Made by a program: the position numbers and the translations under genes. The notes under the pieces were generated by a model. That model saw only the letters and a program-made list of their open reading frames with translations, ran no database searches and was not told the DNA's origin. From IMG/VR virus record IMGVR_UViG_3300044712_000991, positions 64,001-128,000 of that record: a DNA stretch of 64,000 bases; one strand, given 5' to 3'. Numbering within the stretch: position 1 is the first letter of the stretch; each line of letters opens with the position of its first letter. Shown here in pieces: positions 1-8,994 of this stretch. This DNA comes from a virus.

Positions 1-700
1 CCTCGGCATCGACTGCGGCGGTGTTCATGATGAGCACCGAATCGGGATGCGTCTGCCAGAAGCGCCGGAAGGCGACCACGATGTCCGCCGTACGCTTGCG
101 GAAGGTGTTGCGGTTGTTGTAGAACAGCACGAACTCGGGCTTCGTTGGGAGTTTGCCGAACACATTGCTCCTGATGGCCTCCACCTCCTCGGGCTCCAAC
201 GGATAGAACTCCGTGGGGTCACCTCCGTGGGGCGCGAACATCACGTCCACACCGTTGTCCTTCATCAGATCGTAGGAGAACTTGGAGAGCATCACCACCT
301 GGTCACAGGCCGCGTACCAAACCTTGTTGTACGCCGGGAACGGGCGATTGTCCCATGTGTGGTAGAACACGAGCTTGGTATGCTTCCTGATCTCATCGTC
401 CATGATGAACGCATAGGTGAAGAACCTCGGGTCGGAGAAGAGCACCGTTATCTCGGGCTTCTCCTGACCGATGACTGCCCGGAGGAGCGAGGGGTTGCCA
501 TACCCATCCGCCGTGGGATAGACCTTGATACCCTCGAACATCACGGGGCGTGGGTCCTGAGGGCGAATACTTCCGGCGATGGTCACAATCTCGTACTCGC
601 CCGACTTGAGCAAGCCCTTCATGAGCATGTACGCCTGAATACCGACCCCTGTCTTCTCGCGGATATCATCGGTCACGAACAGTATCTTGGTTCTCTTCAT
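1..700 (-). CDS. Glycosyltransferase, GT-B/GT4-like (its 3' end runs off the left edge of the window)
   Basis: Not in the ORF track. Manual translation from ATG at 700 (RBS GAGGTGAG) gives MKRTKILFVTDDIREKTGVGIQAY...YHTWDN...PHGGDPTEFYP...FYNNRNTFRKR, an open frame with GT4 N-terminal features. Confidence 0.8.
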   Translation of the reverse strand, partial: MKRTKILFVTDDIREKTGVGIQAYMLMKGLLKSGEYEIVTIAGSIRPQDPRPVMFEGIKVYPTADGYGNPSLLRAVIGQEKPEITVLFSDPRFFTYAFIMDDEIRKHTKLVFYHTWDNRPFPAYNKVWYAACDQVVMLSKFSYDLMKDNGVDVMFAPHGGDPTEFYPLEPEEVEAIRSNVFGKLPTKPEFVLFYNNRNTFRKRTADIVVAFRRFWQTHPDSVLIMNTAAVDAE

Positions 701-702
701 AC

Positions 703-1221
703 TCACCTCGTTAGTTCTGTTGGTACATCCTGAATGGTGTAATGATGCGGATTGCGGTCGGCATACAACGCCTTCAACCGAGCGACATCGGGAGTGAACT
801 TCTGGACTGCCTCCTGGTAGCCACCCAGGAACATACGATCATCTTCCAGTTTTCCAGCAACAGTCGCATCGATGAGGATGGCAATACAGGCTATGGCGTG
901 ACCAAGATGTGGTACGCCCGAATCTGGTGCAACCTCTTCACCCTCGAACCACGCACCCATGTGTCTCCACAGGGCATCGTAGTAGATCGAGGCACGCACC
1001 CCGACCGCACGCCAGTTGCACCGCCCGTACTTCAACGCCCCATCGAGGAGCCCGAGAGTACCGTAGATGGTCGCGGTGTTTGGCCACAAGTGCAGCGGAA
1101 GTTTGTTGCTCCCCACGATGTCTTTGGGGTTTGATGGTTTGCTGTCCGAAGGAAGACTGGTGTCAGCTACCCCTGGGTGTGACAGTCCCTCCCAGGGGCG
1201 CGAATCATTGGCAGAGGCCAT
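703..1221 (-). CDS. dATP/dGTP diphosphohydrolase-like protein (DUF5664 family)
   Basis: Motifs NPKD..GSNKLPLHL, GALKYGRCNW, YYDALWRH, DSGVPHLGHAIAC are typical of this phage family. Confidence 0.8.
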   Translation of the reverse strand: MASANDSRPWEGLSHPGVADTSLPSDSKPSNPKDIVGSNKLPLHLWPNTATIYGTLGLLDGALKYGRCNWRAVGVRASIYYDALWRHMGAWFEGEEVAPDSGVPHLGHAIACIAILIDATVAGKLEDDRMFLGGYQEAVQKFTPDVARLKALYADRNPHHYTIQDVPTELTR

Positions 1222-1504
1222 CGCGAGAGTCCATGAAAAATTGTTTGATAGGATATGCGTAGTAGGTACCGCACCACAAACCGATCAGCCAGAAACTGAC
1301 GAGCCACTTATTGGCCATCATGCCATCGACCATCAGCCACGAACCCATGCCGAGTGCGACAGACCACCACGCGGCTCGCCTACGATACTTCCGCAGTCCC
1401 GCTGTACTCTCAACGAGCGACATGTTCAGAAGGTAGTACGCCCAAAACAGGTCAGCAAGTGCCCCGGCGAGGAACAACGTGATGATAAAAAACGCGGTCT
1501 CCAT
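1205..1504 (-). CDS. Small membrane protein
   Basis: METAFFIITLFLAG..., three hydrophobic segments; start re-called at ATG 1504. Confidence 0.6.
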   Translation of the reverse strand: METAFFIITLFLAGALADLFWAYYLLNMSLVESTAGLRKYRRRAAWWSVALGMGSWLMVDGMMANKWLVSFWLIGLWCGTYYAYPIKQFFMDSRDGLCQ

Positions 1505-1505
1505 G

Positions 1506-2282
1506 CTACCTCTTGCTGAACTGTACGAGATAACGAAGAATATGGGTGAAAGGTCTACGCAGATACGGGAACCCTGGAGTGGCATCCACTCCAAAGTCTA
1601 CAGGAAACGATGGATGAATATACCCATTATTTTTTTCAAATGCAAATCGAGCGTGGAAGTAGTTGAATTTACAGCCAGCATGCCACACCCGCAGGTTTTG
1701 AAAGTACTTCTCCCGTACCGCCCGCGGTGCCCACTGCATGAGATACGTCGAAGAGAACATGGTGTTCACAATGGACCGAAGTCCATCATCGGACAGCCCG
1801 AACAGTGCATCCGCATTTTTCGGCAGAGGGTGCTCGTTGTTCATCACGCACACTCGTGCGAGAATGGAGGCACAGTATGCTTCGTACTCCTCCCGAATGA
1901 CCACGGGGTTGTACACAGGGATCAGCGGGAGTAGGGCGAACAGCGTGAACCACACACTCATCGACCACAGGGCGACCCCCACGACCACGACAAGGGCGAG
2001 TAGATATGGCCATGTGCGGTGCAGGGTGAACCAGCGATTGTTCGCCCTCTGCCACATATGCACATACTCGTGGGCTAACACTTCGGTCAGCAGGGGGCTG
2101 TCGGGTCTGCTCTGCATAAGAACCTCTGGGATGTACAGGGTGTGCTTGCCGAGAATCGCCACCTGTACCGTGCCCCCTACGAGACGCTTCCACCACCGCG
2201 CCCAGCGTGAGTGCTCGATCAGTTGCAACTTGATAGTCGGAAACTCACGATGAACGACATGATGCATAAAGTTCTGGCTCAT
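1506..2282 (-). CDS. Membrane-associated zincin-motif (HExxH) protein, DUF4157-like
   Basis: EVLAHEYVHMWQ followed by a hydrophobic hairpin and a downstream E..AY motif. Confidence 0.55.
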   Translation of the reverse strand: MSQNFMHHVVHREFPTIKLQLIEHSRWARWWKRLVGGTVQVAILGKHTLYIPEVLMQSRPDSPLLTEVLAHEYVHMWQRANNRWFTLHRTWPYLLALVVVVGVALWSMSVWFTLFALLPLIPVYNPVVIREEYEAYCASILARVCVMNNEHPLPKNADALFGLSDDGLRSIVNTMFSSTYLMQWAPRAVREKYFQNLRVWHAGCKFNYFHARFAFEKNNGYIHPSFPVDFGVDATPGFPYLRRPFTHILRYLVQFSKR

Positions 2283-3187
2283 AGCGTATGTACCTCCTGC
2301 CGTTCTTGGCGATAGTCCTTCATGCTCGTGTTGTTGATGTTGATCACCATGCCCTTATTCCCATCCGACAAACGACTAAACAAGCGTTCGTCAATCTGCT
2401 TGAAGTCTTCGAGGTGGAAGTTTGAGGTGAACACGGTGCGTTTGCCTTTGGTGTTCATCCGGTTCTCTAGAACGTTCAGCACGTTCTGCCGATTGAAGTC
2501 CGTGGCCTTGATGGAGAACAGATCATCCACAACAAGGAACTCTGCCTTGTACAACTCGTCCAAGATGTCCTTCTCAGTCACCCCGTTATCCTCGTTACCG
2601 AAGGTGTCGCGGATACGGAGAGCGATGTCTGCTTCCTGGGTGAATATCATGTACCCGTCAAACACATTCGGCGTGAGAAGTCCGTGCTCGTTACGGCGAG
2701 CGACCCCCGCGTGGTCGATAAAGTGCTGCGCCATAGCGGATATGGCGAGCCGTGTCTTGCCAATGCCCTTCTGCGGAGAGAGGAGCGCGAGAAAGGCCCA
2801 CTCGGGATTGCTCGACCAACGCTGAACGAGAGACAGTAGTTTCTCGTTCTTGCCCGTGAGCGCAAATGTTCCGAACGAGGCGTGTATTTCATTCTCGGGG
2901 ACTCCGGACACATACATCCAACGGGGAGCTAGCACGATGTTCTGTATACTCGTGTCCATACGTAAGAAACACTCGTAACAGATGGGGGCGGGATAGTAGG
3001 GCACCACATAGTTAGCCCACGCCAACTGTGCGATGATGTTCTCCCAGTCTCGTGCATCACTGGGTTCGCTATGAGTACACCCCTCGCAGTCGCAACCCAT
3101 CTGTCGAATGGTCTCGCACGCCTTAGTTATAGCCTCTTGTTCCGAATACGGAACCCGAGGAGCAACTTTGAATACTCGTTCACTCAT
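2279..3187 (-). CDS. DnaC/IstB-like AAA+ helicase loader
   Basis: Walker A (QKGIGKT), Walker B (LVVDDL), TVFTSN and RLFSRL; lies directly downstream of the O-like initiator. Confidence 0.85.
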   Translation of the reverse strand: MSERVFKVAPRVPYSEQEAITKACETIRQMGCDCEGCTHSEPSDARDWENIIAQLAWANYVVPYYPAPICYECFLRMDTSIQNIVLAPRWMYVSGVPENEIHASFGTFALTGKNEKLLSLVQRWSSNPEWAFLALLSPQKGIGKTRLAISAMAQHFIDHAGVARRNEHGLLTPNVFDGYMIFTQEADIALRIRDTFGNEDNGVTEKDILDELYKAEFLVVDDLFSIKATDFNRQNVLNVLENRMNTKGKRTVFTSNFHLEDFKQIDERLFSRLSDGNKGMVININNTSMKDYRQERQEVHTL

Positions 3188-4541
3188 GTGTTAGCATCTC
3201 CTGCTGAATGTTTTCACGCTCCTGTACATACGCATCCCAACCCGTATCGATGTCGGGGCGATAAAATCCCCCGCCACCATGAAGAACGATGCACGGGTGT
3301 CGGGTATCGTAGTATCGCTGCCGAGCCTGTTCCATGGTAAAGCCATCGTCCTCCAACGCCGCCGAAAGTTGTCGATTCATGCTCTGTAGATCGCGGGGCG
3401 GCCCCAGAGGGTTTTTCTGTAAAGCCTTGGCGACGTTCTTGCCCTGTGCGAGCCATGTTCTGTACAGATACGGGAGCCACGGAGTGGTCACCTTACCCGA
3501 TTCACCCGAGAAGTACTTGTCGGTGGTTGCAAAGAACCCAGGCATCGATCTCGAAAGTGTAACCAACGAGTATGTCTTGAACAAGTCCTTCCACACATCC
3601 ATCCTCACACTCTCAGCCATAACGAGATCGATAGCAGTGCCTGTTTTTGCCAAGTAATGCATGGCGAACTCACGGTCAACTTCAAGCATGTCTACCCGTT
3701 CATTACGCCTCTTCTCTGCCTCACTCATGGTATCCACCGGAGGTGGTGGTGGCTTTATTACCACCTCGTTAGATTTTTTGCGGGTCGGTAGTTTACTTTT
3801 ATTACCTTTCTTAGACGCCTGTAACGACTTGTCCTTCAAAGTGTTAGATGGGGTCTCCTGGTACTGTTGGTACCCAGTGCTTGGTACCGTTGGTACCAGG
3901 CTCTTGGTACCGTTGGTACCAGGCTCTTGGTACCGTTGGTACCAGGCTCTTGGTACCGTTGGTACCCAGTGCTTGGTACTGTTGGTACCAGGTGTTTGAC
4001 CTTCCTGGCTTGGTACCGTTGGTACCAGGCTCTTGGTACCGTTGGTACCAGGTGTTTGACCTTCCTGGCTTGGTACCGTTGGTACCAGGCTCTTGGTACC
4101 GTTGGTACCAGGTTCGGTGATGTCCTTCGAGTCTTCTCCAGCATCCGGGAATGGCCCGGGATTCAGTCGTCTGAATAGCAGTTCGATTGCCCGTTGATCC
4201 TCAGCCTCTGGTCTGCGCGGGACTCCCACCCACGTTTCGTGGTTTTTGTTGATGTACATGTAGTCATCGGGCTCGCGGACGAGGATGTTCTTGCGCACTA
4301 GTGAGTCAAGCGCACCCTTCAGTCGCTTACTGGGAATTCCTGTGTATCTCCGCAGGATGAACTGTGGAATGCGTGCTCGTTTTTGCTTGTACCACCCATA
4401 GGTGAACCGTAGGACGACCGAGATGATGTCCTTCTCCAAAACCTTGAGACCTGCTCGGTTGCTGAGTTCACATATGAGCTCGTTTGCGGTGGTCGTGAAA
4501 CCGTTCGCAAGTTGCACACCCTCTTCACGCTTCTTACTCAT
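3180..4541 (-). CDS. Phage replication initiator, lambda O-like, with intragenic iterons
   Basis: N-terminus MSKKREEGVQLANGFTTTANEL...VVLRFTYGW...YINKN resembles the phage O N-terminal wHTH domain; the central low-complexity part is encoded by iterons. Start re-called at 4541. Confidence 0.8.
   Translation of the reverse strand: MSKKREEGVQLANGFTTTANELICELSNRAGLKVLEKDIISVVLRFTYGWYKQKRARIPQFILRRYTGIPSKRLKGALDSLVRKNILVREPDDYMYINKNHETWVGVPRRPEAEDQRAIELLFRRLNPGPFPDAGEDSKDITEPGTNGTKSLVPTVPSQEGQTPGTNGTKSLVPTVPSQEGQTPGTNSTKHWVPTVPRAWYQRYQEPGTNGTKSLVPTVPSTGYQQYQETPSNTLKDKSLQASKKGNKSKLPTRKKSNEVVIKPPPPPVDTMSEAEKRRNERVDMLEVDREFAMHYLAKTGTAIDLVMAESVRMDVWKDLFKTYSLVTLSRSMPGFFATTDKYFSGESGKVTTPWLPYLYRTWLAQGKNVAKALQKNPLGPPRDLQSMNRQLSAALEDDGFTMEQARQRYYDTRHPCIVLHGGGGFYRPDIDTGWDAYVQERENIQQEMLTHE
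3859..4109. repeat. Ten iterons TGGTAC(C/T)GTTGGTACC; probable replication origin
   Basis: Units start at 3859, 3882, 3905, 3928, 3951, 3974, 4011, 4034, 4071 and 4094 (23-bp period with two 37-bp steps). An AT-rich tract lies at about 3756-3846. Confidence 0.9.
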
Positions 4542-4549
4542 GGGTCTCT

Positions 4550-4643
4550 TTGCTTTTTCCAGAAAATGTGTGTATATTGGGGATACGAAAACCGTGCTTG
4601 GTACCAACAGTACCAAGGTAAGCATAACTGGAGCGAAAATCAA
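4550..4643. promoter_or_regulatory. Two face-to-face sigma70-like promoters with one inverted iteron copy
   Basis: Plus strand: TTGCTT(4550-4555)-17 bp-TATATT(4573-4578). Minus strand: TTGATT(4643-4638)-17 bp-TACCTT(4620-4615). Iteron GGTACCAACAGTACCA at 4600-4615. Confidence 0.6.
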
Positions 4644-4647
4644 ATCC

Positions 4648-5724
4648 ATGAACGACCAGCATTTCCGCACATACGAGCAAAACTGGCTACGACTGATCTG
4701 CCCGGGCTACGAGCAGCACCGCGATGAGGTGTGGACCCCCGACACCCTGTGGTATCGCTCTCGTGTTGAAACATTGGGAGGGACGTTGGTGTCCCAGGGT
4801 TTCGGCAAGTTCTTCAACCTCGGTATGGGTCCTGAGTGGTGCAGAACAACCGCCGAGGATATTGCCACCGCCATCACCAAGGGAGATGCTTGGGCAAGTC
4901 TGAAACTCGATGGGAGCCTACTTATACGCTCGGTGTACGGTGGGCAGGTCATGTTTCGTACCCGCGAATCCCTAGGCTACGAGCAACAACCCAACGCATC
5001 GGAGGTCGGGGACATCTTCGTCGTGAAATCTCCAAAATTGCTCGATCCTGAACTCTACGCGCAGCACTCGCTCCTTTTCGAGTGGACTACTCCTTCGAAC
5101 CAAATCGTGTTGAAGTACGATGAACCACGACTAACGCTTGTAGGGGCCGTTAATCACGCCACGATGCGATATGAGCGCTTCCAGTGGCTAGAGGAGGTTC
5201 GGGCGCACCTCGATGTACCGCTGACTCCCCACTGGCGCTTAGATCGCGCTGGATTTGAGGACCTCATGCACTCGCTGGAGACTCGTACGGATGTCGAGGG
5301 ATGGGTGGTGCGCCTCCATGATGAACAACGCCTCGTGAAAATCAAGTGCGCCCCATACTTGCTGAAACATCGTCTGCGGTTTCATCTGACGGATGATAGC
5401 CTTGTGGATATGTGGCTGACTTCAGGGAGACCTACGCGGGAACAGTTCATGCAGTCCTTCAGGACAACCTTCGATGAGGAGATTCTCATGTGGGCGTTAC
5501 CGAAAATACTTGAACTGTTTGACAAAATTGATGACTTTAACACATCGACTGCAATAGCATTACATATTGCGCATAAAGCGAAAGATGATGGTGTTTCTCG
5601 TAAAGACTTTGCCATCAACATGTTAGAGCGTCACGGAAAAGGTGCTATTTTCGCCATTCACATGAAACTCTTTTCTGGAGAAATAATTGATGACTCTATG
5701 GTCAAGAAGTTCTTGATACCGTAG
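4648..5724 (+). CDS. RNA ligase, T4 Rnl1-like
   Basis: GFGKFFN, motif I KLDGS, LLFEW, EGWVV and KIK motifs; start re-called at ATG 4648. Confidence 0.85.
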   Translation: MNDQHFRTYEQNWLRLICPGYEQHRDEVWTPDTLWYRSRVETLGGTLVSQGFGKFFNLGMGPEWCRTTAEDIATAITKGDAWASLKLDGSLLIRSVYGGQVMFRTRESLGYEQQPNASEVGDIFVVKSPKLLDPELYAQHSLLFEWTTPSNQIVLKYDEPRLTLVGAVNHATMRYERFQWLEEVRAHLDVPLTPHWRLDRAGFEDLMHSLETRTDVEGWVVRLHDEQRLVKIKCAPYLLKHRLRFHLTDDSLVDMWLTSGRPTREQFMQSFRTTFDEEILMWALPKILELFDKIDDFNTSTAIALHIAHKAKDDGVSRKDFAINMLERHGKGAIFAIHMKLFSGEIIDDSMVKKFLIP

Positions 5725-5737
5725 GTTGTAAGTCGTT

Positions 5738-6214
5738 CTATTTCATTATCTTCTCCTTGTCATATGCTTCTTTTTCTAGAGGCATGTGTTTAAGTGCTAG
5801 TCCAACAATACCCATGTATCGTAGGGTATATACAATGAATTGCCACCAGTAGATGATGAAGAACTTCACACCAAACCACCCAAGTCTGTACTGCTGTTCG
5901 ACATGCACCAACTCGTGACGAATGATTTCCGCACGTCTCGCAGTATCCGCCGTTAGGTCTTCACGAATGAATATGTACTGTCCCAAGTTTTGCCCCATGA
6001 CCGCCGAGGATAATGGGAACTTCTTGACCGTGTGGACTCGAATGGTTTGGGGGTGTTGAGCGAACCAGGAGGGTTGTGTTGGGTAACTCAATGGAAACTC
6101 CACGATCTTGGGGGCTCTCCAAAGAAGTCTGAAGAGCCACCCAAGAATATTTCCAAACACTGGCTTGTCACACAGGTTGCACATAGAGCCTCCTGCTAGA
6201 AGTTTTCTGTCCAC
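5738..6214 (-). CDS. DUF4157-like HExxH protein
   Basis: GQNLGQYIFI, IIRHELVHVEQQ, PLEKEAY. Confidence 0.6.
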   Translation of the reverse strand: MDRKLLAGGSMCNLCDKPVFGNILGWLFRLLWRAPKIVEFPLSYPTQPSWFAQHPQTIRVHTVKKFPLSSAVMGQNLGQYIFIREDLTADTARRAEIIRHELVHVEQQYRLGWFGVKFFIIYWWQFIVYTLRYMGIVGLALKHMPLEKEAYDKEKIMK

Positions 6215-7920
6215 CCAAGTAGCGAGACGGTCGTACCAGCATCAACCGACCCTGTGGCACGATAGTAGTGTCCTCGTGGTATGATCCCTACGATGGTGCC
6301 CACCAAGACCATCGTGTCCGCCAGGGGATGACCGCCACCGACACTTCCGAGCGTGTTGCCTAGGAAACCCTTCTGCATGATGGAGCCTGAGTTTGTAAGC
6401 AGTTCCACATACCCCTGGGCACCCGAGGCGCTTTTGTTGATCTGCGCAGTGACAGTCACGAGCATGTTGTTGTTCGTGGTGTTCTGGTATGTGGTGTTCA
6501 TTGCCCGTGTGAGGGTGCTTCCACCATTGCTCTGGAATCTTCCATTGGAGTTCCCGTAGTTGGTGTGGCTGTGATATGCGTCCGCTATACTTTGCGATCC
6601 AGAGGTCAGCGGGTTGTTGCCCGACCACATGCTGCCACTACCAGTAAGCGCCTTGCCTATTTGGAAGCGCATGCGGTTCATGTTGTCGAGCAAGGTGGCC
6701 GTGCGTGGCAAAGACCCTGTTGGATTAGAACCACTCTCCAGGAAGTCCGCTCGTATCACACCCGCACTCATGGTGTAGAAGTTTCGATAATCGTAGAAGT
6801 CACCTATGGTCTGCCCCACGGGGTTTACATCGTAGGCATATCCTAGGACTACCGATTGCGAGAGGGTCTGGGGGAACCTCGGGTCGAACCCAACAGAACT
6901 CACGGACACAAACGAAGCCTGGAGAGAATCGTTGACCACAACCCAGTAGTCACCCGTGCTCGGAGCAGAACTTGAGTACACGGGGACAGTGATGGAACCC
7001 GTAACAATACGTCCATTGACAGCTAGGGCCGCACCCACGGGTTGTGCAAAACTGATGTAGTCATCGGCACCCGTACCGAGCGTACCGAGGTAACTTAGCG
7101 GGGAGAAATCGTCACGATAGACCACAATACCGCTCACATGGGAGTCCTTGCGATGCGTGCTAGTGTAGTCAATGAACCCGAAGTCATCGAGAGTATTTCC
7201 GTGGGGATTCTTTGTCGAAGCAACTCCTGATCCAGCGGCATGAATGTGATCGTACAATGTACTCTGACCAGAAAATACAGCGGGTCCCTCAAGTTTGACG
7301 GAACTGTCCACGGTGTGTACGCGCATGAACTGCCGCATATCGGTCAAAGTCCCCGCAGTGATCATACCCGAACCATCGGATGTGAATTGCGCGAGAGGAA
7401 TTTGAGAACTTCCTGTCGGGGGAACAGCAGTAACAAGGATGCGATAGTCGCCTGTATAACGAGCGTATTCTGTGGTACCCGTGAGCGTCGTGCCCACGGA
7501 TGCAGAGGCCTCTTGGTACTCCGCCACAACATACATCGTACTGTTGGCCGTGGATGTCCACGACTTATTGAATGCCTGTTCAGTACGAAGAATAGACACA
7601 GATGAGGCGAGAGTCACGAGGTCCATGTTGTCTGTTATACCCCACCCCGCGTTAATCGCCAACTCCTCGGAGGACATTTCCGCCACCAACATAGCCGTAG
7701 ACCCATACTGCCCACCCACGCCACGGTAGGTGCCTAGCGTGGGAGAGGCATCCGCCACCGCCTGCCTGAAATTGACAGGTATGGAACCCGTGTAGTAGTG
7801 ACTAAACTTCGCGAGCACGAGGGCCGTAAGTTGTTTCATACCCAACGTTTTCGCAGTTTCGATGTAGTTGAGGTCTGATGACGTAACTCGTTGTCCATTA
7901 AAGAAGTTGGCTCTGTTCAT
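6196..7920 (-). CDS. Baseplate wedge/tail fibre attachment protein
   Basis: The N-terminus MNRANFFNGQRVTSSDLN is typical of myophage baseplate-fibre proteins; last gene of the tail module. Confidence 0.55.
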   Translation of the reverse strand: MNRANFFNGQRVTSSDLNYIETAKTLGMKQLTALVLAKFSHYYTGSIPVNFRQAVADASPTLGTYRGVGGQYGSTAMLVAEMSSEELAINAGWGITDNMDLVTLASSVSILRTEQAFNKSWTSTANSTMYVVAEYQEASASVGTTLTGTTEYARYTGDYRILVTAVPPTGSSQIPLAQFTSDGSGMITAGTLTDMRQFMRVHTVDSSVKLEGPAVFSGQSTLYDHIHAAGSGVASTKNPHGNTLDDFGFIDYTSTHRKDSHVSGIVVYRDDFSPLSYLGTLGTGADDYISFAQPVGAALAVNGRIVTGSITVPVYSSSAPSTGDYWVVVNDSLQASFVSVSSVGFDPRFPQTLSQSVVLGYAYDVNPVGQTIGDFYDYRNFYTMSAGVIRADFLESGSNPTGSLPRTATLLDNMNRMRFQIGKALTGSGSMWSGNNPLTSGSQSIADAYHSHTNYGNSNGRFQSNGGSTLTRAMNTTYQNTTNNNMLVTVTAQINKSASGAQGYVELLTNSGSIMQKGFLGNTLGSVGGGHPLADTMVLVGTIVGIIPRGHYYRATGSVDAGTTVSLLGWTENF

Positions 7921-7947
7921 ATTATCCTCTTGTTGAATTGAAACACA

Positions 7948-8979
7948 TTACACGCTACCCGACACACTACTAAATACGGGTAACACATATAAATCTGTTG
8001 TTCGCCCATCGAATACCGAGCCCGAGTTGTGTTGGAGTCCACGGAGAGAGAAGGAGTGAAGTTCAAATTCCTGACTACCGCTAGCGTAGACTGTGAAGCG
8101 TGCCTGGTGGAAGGGCTGGAATGACCCACTGACCATCCCAAGGAAACGGAGGCGTTCCTTGGTCGTCGTGTACCGATAGAACGCCATATTCTCATCGAGA
8201 GCCCCACCCCACATTGAGAACTCATCGACAAACATGGATTCCCCACCACGTACGGCGAAGCCCACGCTTGCCGACAGCACCCCTCCGGTGTATGGAGTGT
8301 ACATCGCTTGTCGGCCATCGATGTACACATAAATACCCTGACCCTTCACGAACGATCCCGCAAAGTAATGGTAGTTCGCGGGGTAGCCTGACTCAGCTAA
8401 GACGGAGGCTATGGAGGCCGAGGCGGTACCCGAGATGGATGCAGACCCCACGGTGAACTTGAGCAACTTGTTGGGGATGTCGAAGTTTATCTGATATCCT
8501 TGAGTACCAGTTGTGTGCGAGAACAGTAGTCCCGTTGTGGTTACCGTGGCATCCAATCCGTAGACGTACATCTCCCATGTGAAATCGCTGTTGGGTACGG
8601 CCAAAGAGTGTATGCTCGATGCAGCATCCAACTGATACCCCGTTGTGCCCCCACCTAGAATGGGATAAAGACTTCTGCGGGACACCCAAAAATCGGTGGC
8701 TTCCGCGGCCACTTTGGAGTTCACTAAGGTCGCCCTGTGACCGGAGAGATCGTAGATGGAGCCCGAAGGGTGTGTGGTCATGAACGACCAGTGGGCATAG
8801 TGCGTACTCCCCGAAGGTGGTAGTAACCACGGTATGGGTGTCGATGTGTCGTAGGGCTTCCACGGAATCGAGTTCGGGATGGATTGGCTGTTGTACTGTC
8901 GAACCTCAACAGTACAGCGTGCATCATTCTTCAGAATGGTAGACCAATCGTAGTACCAATATGGGGAGAGGGTGCTCAT
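7948..8979 (-). CDS. Virion protein with a LamG/concanavalin-like domain
   Basis: SDFTWEMYV, YHYFAGSF, IYVYIDG and FVDEFSMWGGAL pattern. Confidence 0.65.
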   Translation of the reverse strand: MSTLSPYWYYDWSTILKNDARCTVEVRQYNSQSIPNSIPWKPYDTSTPIPWLLPPSGSTHYAHWSFMTTHPSGSIYDLSGHRATLVNSKVAAEATDFWVSRRSLYPILGGGTTGYQLDAASSIHSLAVPNSDFTWEMYVYGLDATVTTTGLLFSHTTGTQGYQINFDIPNKLLKFTVGSASISGTASASIASVLAESGYPANYHYFAGSFVKGQGIYVYIDGRQAMYTPYTGGVLSASVGFAVRGGESMFVDEFSMWGGALDENMAFYRYTTTKERLRFLGMVSGSFQPFHQARFTVYASGSQEFELHSFSLRGLQHNSGSVFDGRTTDLYVLPVFSSVSGSV

Positions 8980-8994
8980 CGAAATCTCGTGTCG

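Noticed and set aside
47-733. 228-aa plus-strand ORF
   Set aside because: The opposite strand encodes a clear GT4 glycosyltransferase with an RBS.
3859-4109. CRISPR array interpretation of the 23-bp repeats
   Set aside because: The spacers are only 7 or 21 bp and are themselves repeated, no cas genes are present, and the array lies in-frame inside an O-like initiator. Iterons fit better.
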